IMG/VR virus record: IMGVR_UViG_3300031688_000003
Coordinates: 32,001 to 96,000 of that record
Length of the DNA: 64,000 bases
Source of the DNA: a virus
Direction: 5' to 3' (one strand)
Made by a program: the position numbers and the translations under genes. The notes under the pieces were generated by a model. That model was not told the origin of the DNA. It saw only the letters and a list, made by a program, of their open reading frames with translations, and did no database searches. Every line of letters starts with the position of its first letter. The first letter of the stretch is position 1. Positions 45,701 to 57,700 of this stretch are shown here, one piece after another.

Positions 45701-48700
45701 GAGAATTCATTCATGGTAATGATATGACTGATGTGTTAAAAGATATAGTAGATTATAAATTTCTAAAAGGAAGATCACAAACATACTTCAGAGCTATTGA
45801 AAATTTGAATAATCCAGAAGCTATGGGTGATACAGCTCAGAGAATTGCTGAAAGATTAAAGATTATATTTGATAGAAATAAAGAGGATGTTGAAGTTGCA
45901 GTTAAAAAGTATGTAAATGATTTAGAGAAAAATGAATTAATAAATCAATTTGCATCTCAGCTTATTTACCCTGATGCAGATCAAGTTATTTTATTTTTCC
46001 AAGAAGGTATTATACCAACTATATTTCAATCTCCATCTGGACAAATTACAGCACAAGATAATACAGGTAAGTGGGAAGCTATACAAAACCTAATCAAAGC
46101 ATACCAAAATAGACCAGGAACAGAAACAACTGTTCAACCTGGAGATGCTGTTACTGAAGATGAAATAAATAATGAAGATGAGTTTGATAGACTAGCAAAT
46201 CAAGCTGAACAGAAAGTTACTGAAATATCAGAATCTACTAATGCTGTATTAGTTACAAAATGGAAATCATATGTTCAGTCTAGAGTTGGTACTTCTGGAA
46301 AAGTTTTATCATGGAATGATTGGCAGAATACTAAAGAAGCAAAAAATATAAAAGCTATTAGAGCAGAGTTAGATGTTGTTTATTTAAGTAACTTAACTTT
46401 AGATCAACAACAACAAAAATCTTTTGATAAATGGTTAATTGAAAATCAAAGAACACCTGAAGTATATAGAATACTTGACTCAAAGGGTGGGTCAATAAGT
46501 GATTATATTATTACTGATTCTGACACAGCACAAACTGATAAGTTAGATGCTGGAGATGTATTAACTGAAAGTCCTACAGGTATAAACATATTAAAGAAAC
46601 TAGTGTCTAGTCAATCAGGTGATGATGAATTTTTCTATGAAGTTGTAGATAATAATATGAATAATCTACATCAACAATATGTAAATGTTGATCCTAGTAT
46701 AATGGATACATATGCTACTATGGGTGAGGCTTTAAAAGCTCAAGATGCAATTATAAAGTTACTACCTAGTAATAGCACTTTCCCATTTCAAGGTAGAGAT
46801 TTTCATTATAAACAGATATTACAAGATAACAACAAAGAACTTTTTACAGTAATCACAACACCTTCATTATTTAATAAGGGTGGTAAATTATACTTAAGAC
46901 CTCTTGAATTTGCAAATGATCCTAAGAAAAGCTTTGAAGTAACTGATGTGGGTAATTATAGTCCATTAGATGCTACTAATTTTAAGGCATCATCAAAGCA
47001 GGATAACTTATTAAAACTTAGACAATCAGAACCTATTAGACTATATGCTAGAAGAGCAGATAATGAAACAGCTGAAGATGCTGAAGTAAGATTAACTGAT
47101 AGATTAAAAGAAATACCTCAAGAACAAGTTCGTGCTTTTACATTAAAGGTCTCTAGAAATGCTAAATGGGAAAGCTTTTTAAATGAAGAACCAACAAATA
47201 GAGGTAAGTTAGGTACTGAAGAGTTTAATAATCCAAGATTAAGAATTGGTTCAGAAGAATTAACTGTTGCTGTAATGCATGGACGTGAAATACTTGGATA
47301 CTTACAGGGACCTACTGGATCTATTATTTTAGATGCATATGATAATGTTATAAATCCTTTATCTTTAACTGAAGATCAAGCAGAAGAGTACTTTCAAATA
47401 TATAAAACATCTTCTACACAACTTAGAACTGCTGCAGAACAACTTCAAATAATAAAAAATAACTATGCAAGTAGTATTTTATTAAATAAAAAGCTAAGAG
47501 ATCTATTAGGAAGTGATCAAGAAGCAGATATTCCTATAGCAAAAATCAAAGGTTTAGATCTTAGAATATCTCCAGGTGAAATGTCATTTGCTGCTAAAGG
47601 TAAAGGAGTAACATTTTCTGAATTACATAGTAGTACAGTTGATGGAAAGAATATATGGGTAGTAGATAACCGTAGTGATGGTAATGGTGGTATAATTACA
47701 AATATTACTGATGATGAAGTTTATGAAAAGACTGATGCATTAGTAAGTGCAGCAACTGATCAGTCAGGATATAATCCTTTAAATACTAAAAGTAGATATG
47801 TTGCAGCAGTAAGACTTAACAATGGAACATTTACATTTGTAGAATTAAAAGCAGGTGAATTAACTAGTGATGAGAAAAGTCAGTTAACATTAGATATTCT
47901 AAATGAACAAGATAAAACATTAGCTGAAAACATTGATAAAGAAAATGATGAAGTAAAAGATGCTACTGTTAATTTTGCATTCAATGAAAAACTTAAAAAT
48001 GATTTCTATGTATTTGGAAAAACTGGAGAGTTTATTGATATAGAACTTACAGCTAGAGGTGATGTACAAGTCATATATAGAAATACAAAGAAAGCTGGAA
48101 AAGATGGTAAAGCATTAAGAGTTACATATACTGTAAATGAGAATGAACTTAAAGGTGTTAAAGAATCTGCAAATCCTTTTAAAGAATTCTTAACTGTAAT
48201 CAATAACAAAATTAAATTTAAAGATTCATCTATTGAAGTAAAGAGTGGTCTTAAATTAAGCTCAGATAACTTTAGATCATCTATACCTAAAGAAGCTACA
48301 ATACAAGATCTTGCATCTGTAGTTACTAACTTTAATAAAGGACTAAGAGAAAACATTAGAATTGAAGCAGTCATTGCTGATTCAGCTCAGATTAATAATA
48401 TTTTAAATAATGTAGAGCTCCCATCTTTTGTAAAGAATAGTGTTAAAGAACAAATAGAAAATACAGATCAAGTACTACTTGAAGCTGAAAGTGAAGCACC
48501 TGAGTTGACTCCAGAGTATATGAGACGTTTATTTGCAGAAGGATATGTAAATATAGACACTAACATTATAAAAGCAATAGCTAGAAAGCTAGCAACTAAT
48601 ATAGAATTATCAGCAGCTGAACGTACAATTTATGCTAATAATAAAAATACACAAGTACGTGATGATATAAACTTATTAAAGCTTACATATAGATCAGGTG

Positions 48701-51700
48701 TAATTGAAGAGGGTGGTTCCACTGATATTGATATTGAAGGTAATCCAGTTGTAGTTGAAAAATCTCCATCAAGAAAAATAGCTGATCAAATTAAAGATCT
48801 TGAAGAAGAATCTGGTAAGTTAGAAGATAAAATTTGGGAAGATACATATTATAGCATTGCTTCTGATGAACAAATTAAAGCAGATCCTAGTGTGATAAAA
48901 GAAGGTAACATTGCTGCTAATGATGCTATTGAGAATAGTGAAGAATTAAAAAGTATTGAAGCTAAGATTGCTGAGTTAAAAAAGAACTTAGCTCCAAAGG
49001 TTATTAATGAAAGACTTGGTCAAGAACATATTGAACAAATTGATGAATTTATTACTTGGTCTCAACAGAACTTACCTGACTTTATTCAAATACAAGACAT
49101 AAGAGATTTATCAGCTAGACTAAAAGAGAATGGTAAGACAGCTGGTATGTTTACATTAGAACTAAACACATTAGGAAATAATATAGAAGGTAATATATAT
49201 GTAGGTGCACAAACACCATTTAAATACCACGAAGCATTTCACGGGGTGTTTAGAATGTTACTTAGTGAAGAAGAGATTAGAAAATATATTTCACTTGCTA
49301 AAACAGAGAAGCTTGCTGCACTTAGGAAAGAAGGTAAAAAACTATCACAAGCTCTTAATGAACTTAGAACATCACATAGTATCTATAATAAACTATCTAA
49401 AACAGAATTAGAACATAGACTATATGAAGAATACTTAGCAGATGCATTTGACGCATTTAAAATGAAGCCTAAGGGAACTAAAACTTCTTCTGAAATTAAG
49501 AGTCTGTTTACAAGAATTATAGAATGGATTAAAGCTGTATTTAATAGATTTAGTAAGAATGAATTAACAACTTTATTTGAGAATATTGATTCAGCAAAAT
49601 ACTCTATATCTTCAGTTCAATCTAATAGGTTTACAACTGCTACAGAAACTGGCATAACCTCAGCTGCACCAAAAGTAATTGCTATAGATAGTTTTGAGAA
49701 TACATATACAGATCCATTCACAGGACAAGAGATTGTAAGTTTATCTAATATATATATGCCTGCTAATGATCAAAGACAATTAATTGCTACTGTTTCAGCA
49801 CTATACAGAAGCTATGTAGAGAGAGGTGATTTATTAACTATGTCTAAAAGAGATGTGTTAAATACAGCTATTGCTGATTACACTAAACTTCTTAATCCAA
49901 GAAGAACTTACTACACTAGTGAATCAAATGGTATATCATTTAGAAGTATAAGAAAGAAACTTAAAACATACTATAAAGCTTTAAAAACAAATAGAGACGT
50001 AATTGCTGAGAACGTTACTAATTATTTAGCAATCTTTGATGCCAAATATCAAATTGAACAAGATGCATTTGAAGAGCATATACATAATGAAGATAACAAC
50101 ATAAGGAAGGTTGACCAGTATGGTAAAGATGCTAGTCAAATAGGAGGAGCTATGTCATTATCAACTGAATTAAGAACATTTATTGCAACTACAGTATTAT
50201 CAGAACAAGATTTATTTGGAAATACAGAAACACTAGAGGGAATTCCTATTGTAACTACAGTTGATTTTAACTTTGCATATAGTGGTCTTCTAAAAGCTTT
50301 ATCTGATAAGACAACAGACTTGGAATTATTAAGAGCACTTGCTTTATTTAGTTCATCTAATAAGAATACTGCAGCTGTAGCTAATAATATATTTAATGAA
50401 ATAGGTATAATAGATCCAATATCTTTATTAGATGCAGAACAATTACCTGAAATATCAAATCCAAATTTCTTACAAAAAGTTATAAAAGGATTTAATATGT
50501 TTAGAGTAGACTATATGTTTGCTCATAAAGATGATGATACTGGTATTGTGTTCTTATATGCAGCAAATAAGAAAGATGATGCACATTCACAAATAGATCA
50601 TTGGTCTCAGCACTTTGATGAAGTTTATCCTACATTATTAACTGATGATGGAAAGAAAAAAGCTGTATCATTACTTAACTTGTTTTACTCTAAACTTCAG
50701 AATCCAAAAGAAAGAAGTAGGAATGCATTAGACATAGAATCAAAGGATATAGCTAAAAAGATATATGAACAAATTGGTATACAACTAAACGCTGAAACTA
50801 TTAAGTATAGTATATTATCTACCAAAGTAGTTAGAAAGAACTGGGAAGAAGCAATTGTTTCTTTAGGTTTGTCTGCTGGAGCTGATCCAATTGTATCAGA
50901 AGATATTGCTGAGTTAAGAAATTCAATTTCAAGAGGGGAAAACATATTCTTAGATAATCAAACTAACATACCTGAGAATGAAGCTGAAGAACAAAGCACA
51001 CCTGAGGTGGTTGAACAAAGTACAGGTATTAGTAGTAGATTAAAAAAGATGGCTAATACAAATGCTAACTTTGATGAGACAGTAGGTGCTACAGTATTTA
51101 GAGATCCAAAAGGTAATTTAATATATGCTCATCAGATGCCTACATTCCATTTAGTGAAGATTGCTGAAATGAGTGAAGCTAATTGGGCAAGTACTAAATT
51201 AGAAGAGAATAAATTCTTTAATAGAAATTACTTATTAAACAATGATAAGTTCTTGGCTCATGCAAAATCTGGACAATTAAAGGTATCAAGATTTATAGGA
51301 AGTAAGGAAGGTAGACTAACTGAGAATGAACAAGGAACTCTAATAGAGAATAGAGGTTTAAACACTAATCAAAAAGATGGTGTATCATTTGGAGAATCAA
51401 CAGGTGCAGAATTTATTGCTGATGTTCTTAACTCTTATGTATATAACTATAATAGAAATAGTCAATCTGTACCCTTAAACCCATATGATAAAAATGGTAA
51501 GGAGTTATTTTATATAACTGCTCCCGTAGATTTGAAAGTATTATCTGATGCTAGTACTTCAGACTTTGTTGATCTACCAATTGAAAAAATGATAGAGCAA
51601 GATGAATCAGGAGATATTAAACTTACTGACCATACTCTTGATGCATTGATCAATAACATTTTACAATATGAATATGACCGTGTTGCAGATGAATTAAATG

Positions 51701-54700
51701 CAGAGACAACTGCTAAAGATGTCATAGAAGGATTCAATACAGATATTATAAAGAAAGGAGTACAAACAGGTCAAAGAGGAAAGAGGTTTGTAAGATCAAG
51801 AGGATTTATTACTTCAAGAAAATCTAAGATTAAAGTATTAGGTGGTATTAAAACACCTCTGATGTCTGAAAAGACAAGAGCAGATATTGCAATAGGAGAA
51901 CAAAGAATAATATTAAGGGGTGGAAAGGCTCTTGGAAAGATTGGTTTAGATTCAGGACAAGAATCACCTATATCAATTGACTATAAAGTTGAAGGTGAAA
52001 CAAAGTTTGAATCATTTATACTAAAGAATAAAGGCCTTGTATCTGTAGATAACATCAACTTAGATGAGTATTTAACAAATCTTGGTGAAGCTAAGAGCAC
52101 TAAACCTTTTGCTGGTAAGAAGAAACAGAACACTGCTAAGTTAGGGGATGTAACTTATTACTTCCAAAGAGGTGATGATGCTAGATTCTTTAATGGTACA
52201 ATACAACAATATGCATATGAGTTTATCCCATTAGGAGAAGCAAATATAGAGATAGGTGTTGAAGAAGTTAAAACTGTATCAACACAACAAACTACTGAGG
52301 TTAAAGCTACGGCAGGAACAAATTATAAAATTAAAAAGTATGATACTGGTTTAGAGAGTCTTTTACTTTCTAGAGGTGGAAAAGAAATAGGACATATAGA
52401 TATAGACTCAAGTGAAAAAAATATAGCAGACGAAGAAGTTAATGCTATGTATAATGCTAATCCTGAAAGAAAAACTATTGTTAATATAGAAATAAATAAA
52501 GCTGAACAAGGAAAAGGACTAGGAAAATATTTATATAAATTAGCAGCTAAAGAATACGGTACTTTAAGGTCTGATATTTCTATAAGTCCTGAAGCTTTTC
52601 GTGTATATGAAAGTTTAGTTAAAGAAGGGTATGCAAAAAAGATAACTAATATAAAACAAATAGAAGGAAATGTTGGAACGTTTTTAATTCAAGATACAGC
52701 AGGTCAACAAACTACAGAATCAGATGTAGCTTACTTTGAGTCAGATACATTTGTGGAAGAGACTTTAATCAATGCTGCTAAAGAAGGGTTAACCTTTGAT
52801 CAGGCAGTAGATAGAATAGGTAAAGATAAGTTAAAAGGAATAATAGAAGAAAGAATTCTTACAGATTTCTTTGACTTCAGACGTTTGCTTACTAATACCA
52901 AAGCTACTGCTAAACTTAGTAGTGAGCTTACTGAAGGTTTAGGTATGATAGTTAGACCTGAAAAAGGTAAAAAAGGTAAAGCTTATCATAAAGTTACAAA
53001 TGAGGGAAGGAAAGCAATGACACTATATAATCTTAAAGAGAATGATCTAGATTATAATCTTGCTCAAATATTCATGCATGGTTATGTAAATGCAAGATCC
53101 TTTAATGATTTACTATTAGGTGATCATGCTTTACTATTTGAAAACTTTACTGCTGAAACTAAAAGGGCTAAAATGCAAAATGCATCAGGACCTAGTGCAG
53201 CCTCAGCTATAGTAGCACCTAAGCTTGGTATTAATCATACATTCATGGCTGATAATAGTATTAGTTTATTTACTTATCATGATCCAAAAGTTCAGAAGAG
53301 ATTTTCAAATGGTACGATTGAATCAACAGATGCACAAATGGTTGGTACAGTTAAATCATTTAGACACCTTTGGTTTGGTGTAGGTAAACTATCTCCAGCA
53401 CAATCAGATCTATTAGATAGAATAGAAAGAGGTGATGTGATTACTGCTGAGGATATGTGGGGTGATGTGAAGTTAGGTACTGAAGGTTATATAAAACTTA
53501 ATGCTATAATAAACTCTAAGAAGTTTGTTTATGGTGATGGTAATGTATTTGCTAAGATGTCATTCTTTATGTTAAGTAAAGGTCTTACGTCATACAAAAA
53601 CAAATTTGGAGAATGGGTTGCACTTCCACAAATGGAAGAGCTTCATAATTTAAGAGTAAAGCTTGAAGCTGCTGAAAAAGGTACTCAAAAAGTATCACTT
53701 GCTATACCAACATCAGGTTCTAAAATGATGAAGAAGAATGTAATCACTGCAAAAGAAATGTATGGTTCTAAATCTATACTTGAGATACAGGAAGATTATA
53801 AAGATGTAAATGGATCACACAGGAGTATAACACAAGGATTAAATCCTAAATGGATGAGACTTCAAGTTATTAATCCATCAAACAAGCTAGAGGGAATTGA
53901 TCCACGTCAGATGAAGCAACTAGCTACAACTGAACAAACTGATAATATAGAAGTAGTTATAGGTGGTGTACCAATTTCTATAAAGAAAATAAAAGAAGCA
54001 TATCATAAATCTGTTTCTGATCAAGTTACATTAAGATATAGAAACAAAAGAAATCTTGTGTTTAATTTAGGAACTGCTTTAGATGAGATAGGGAAGAGTG
54101 TAGATATTAATAAAGTAACAGTTAACCTTAGATCATTCTTACGTTATGCTATATCTGGACTTGAAGCTTCAAAGTCTAAAACACAAATGTTAGAGTTCTT
54201 CTCCTTTGATGAAGTAGGTAACCCTAAGTTTAATTTAAATAATCCCATTACAATAGATAAGTTCCAAGAGTTATTCTTAGGTTACTTTAGTAAAGGTGTT
54301 CTTGCTGGTAAACAAGCTGAGATTACAGCAGCATTAGTTTCTAGTCATGGAGCAAAACCTATGAGGAAAGTTTTAGAGTTAGATGAAAATGGTCAACCTT
54401 TAAGAACTCAGGTTATAAGAATGGATGAGTTTAAAGAAATGAAGACTAAACCAGAAATAGCTGATAAGTTTATTGAAATTGATAATGAACCAGGTAAATG
54501 GGTAGGTCTTAAAGTAGGAGATGTAATACTACAGAAGTTACAACATAATGTATATGATCCAATAACGAAAGAGTACTATAGTGAATTTATGATGGCAGCA
54601 CATCATAGAGAAGTTTATAAGAATCTTAAACCTGGGGACATAATTCCTATTGAAATTGCAGAAGCTTTGGGTATACGTATCCCTTCACAAGATAAACATT

Positions 54701-57700
54701 CTGCTATGAGTTTAAGACTTGTAGATTTCTTACCTGTCTATTATGGATCCTCTGCAATGTTCTCTGATGAGTTAATTGAAATATCAGGAGCGGATTTTGA
54801 TATTGATAAATTATTCATGCATATTAAAGAGTGGTATTATGCAAAAGGGAAATTTAATGAATACGGTAAAAGCAATACAGATAAGGGAAGATATGCAGAA
54901 TATATAAGAAATGTTTTATCTCAAGTAAATAAGAGAGGAACAGCAGTATCTGACGCAGTTACTAATTGGAGTACAAATGATTCAGCATTCCTAGACGAGG
55001 AAGAAACAGCAGATTTGCAAGATGACTTAGCTAGACAAACAGCATCTGAATTAAAAGTAAATGCAAGCTTATTTAAAGAAGCATATAGTGCAAAAATTAT
55101 ATCTTATGTATTAGAAATAAATGATAGTATAACAGATGAACAAGTGATAAAACTGTACAATAAGAATGAAGATTTATATGGTGCTTTACAAAGTTTAGGT
55201 CTTCCTGTTACATTAAAAGAATATAAAGCATATTTTGAGAAGAATGGTGAACCATATGAAGCAGCAATAAACAATGATATACTTGATCAAAGGATTGCTT
55301 TGATTGGTAATGAAGGGATTGTTAAACCTAAAGACGGAAGACAAATAGGTATTGGAAATGAGCCAGCAGATCTAGAACCTTTATATGAAATTAGAGATTA
55401 TCTTAAAGAAGAGTTTCCTGAGTTAGCTGATTTTGCTAATCCTGAAGATATTGATCCTGATAACATGTTAGGTCTTCTTGAGACTTGGAATAGTATTAAA
55501 ACTGGTGAAGGAGGTATTGGTGCAGCTGTAAGACCAAATGTTGTTCTTAATATGTTAGGTGAGAATGGTATTAAGGTTCAGAGTAATATTGCTGCAGGAA
55601 GAGAGTTGAATCCTCAGATTAGATTTAATAGTACTACATTTAGTGAGTTTGCAACTAAGTATTCTATTGAAGGTAAGGGTAATGATAAAGCTGTAAGAAC
55701 ACAGTATCTTATATCATCTCTGATTACAATGATGACAGATAATGCTAAAGAGAGATTAGCTGATGTATTAAGTATAAATAAGAATTCACTTGCAGTTGTA
55801 ACAACGTTATCTTCATTAGGTGTACCAATTAAGACTAGTATGTTATTACTTAAGAATCCTATTATTAAATTAGGATATGACTTAGCAATAAATAAAGTAT
55901 CCCCAATGGACCCTGGTATATCATCTATACTAAAGAAAAGATTAACATTCTTAAATAATGATTATGAAATATCTACTGTCCCTGTAACAGATGCTATACT
56001 TACTGGAGCTATAATGAATGACTGGGTTAACCCAACTCTTCCTTTAACTTCAGGTTTTGGTACAGATATGACAGGTCAAACTCCTGAAGGATATACTGAT
56101 GAAGAAGCTTCTCTTGAATACTCAGTAATTAAACAATTTGTTAATGCACGTAGATTGACAGACTATACAGGTAAATTAGGATCACTTGTGGATTTACTTG
56201 CTGGGTTTGGTAGAAGCACTCAAGATATAGATAAAGCTGCTAATGACTTTAAAGAACTTGGTGTAGGATTATCTGACTCAGAATTTAAGAAACTTAAAGA
56301 TAAAGACGGAGTTGCAATTCCTATTGATGTAAGACCAATATTTGAAGGTAATGATTTCCGTGCAACTTACTATAATATATTTAAAGAATTCACAGAAGAT
56401 TTATTACCTGCTGTATTTATAACACGTACTGCTGAGTTTGTTAAAATGAAAGAAGCAGTGGTTGCAAATATGATAAGTAATAATATGCTAGTAGATGAGA
56501 GAAGAGTAAATATTATTGAGAAGGATGTACTTAGTTATTTAACTATGACTTCATACAAGCAGTTCTTACTTAATTCTCCAGATGGTGCAGAGAAATTAGG
56601 TTCATTACAGAACGGTTTAATATATGATGATCTTGGAGGAGAAAACTCTGTTACTATAGATAATGTTATAACTAGTGTTAGGAATTACTTCAAAGCAGAA
56701 GGTAAAGAAAATTACTTCATAGAGAAGTTTATATATCTAGACTTAGCTTCTAATGATACTAATAAGGCTGGTATTAATAGAGCTAAAGCAAACAACTGGA
56801 CACAGATGAGTGATTCTAAAGTTGTAGACTTACAAGCTAGTTTTGCAGAGATCTATAGTGAACCAGCATTAAGAACACACGCTTATGATCTTATGCATTA
56901 CCTTTTAGTTAAAGATGGCATGCAATTTAAAAATAACACTTTCTTAAGTGCTATACCTGGGTTTATGTTTGATAGAGTATTGAATGCAATATCAGCAGGA
57001 CATACATTATTGAAATCTACAACTGCAACAGATTCTTCATACAACTTAGTATTTGGTAAATCTTCAGAGATGCTAGCTAATGATTTTGTAGAAGGTTATC
57101 TTAAGTCAAATCAAAATGGTTGGTTATTACCTATGGTAAAATCTATAACTACTGATGAAGCACAAGCTGCACATATAAATAAAGAAGGTAACTTAATTGT
57201 TAATATGTTTAATGGTGTAAAATCTTTCACAGAACAGAAGGGTACAAAAGTAATTAAAGGTAAAAAGTATAAATTCCAACGAGAAGGTAAATCTATATTT
57301 GTAGATCAAAAGAGTAAGCAATATAAAGCTCTTGCTAAGAACATGGGTCAACTAGGTGGAATGGGTTTTAAATTTGAAAATATAAAGAAAGGAGAAAAAG
57401 CTTTAGAATTAGTTCTTCCATTATATGTAAGAAATATATACAAAGATGACTTTGGGACTACATATGTAAAGAACTTTGAGTTACAACAAACATATAGAGA
57501 AAAGAGATTTTCTAAGTCTGGTGATATTATGAACATGTTAGATGGTGAAGAACTTGTAGCTAAAGGTTACCAGGCAGTATATGTTCCTGTAGAATTAGTT
57601 GGTTCAAATCAAGTTACTCCAGTTAGTTTTGCATTAGGAGAAGTTCCTACATACAAGTCACTAAGAGATAAGTATAAATCAGATCCTATGGATGGGCTTA

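Noticed and set aside
54793-54807. Cellular RpoC (beta') or eukaryotic RdRP
   Set aside because: The motif is DFDID rather than NADFDGD, within a 5127-aa fusion in a virion gene block, which fits the crAss-type vRNAP.
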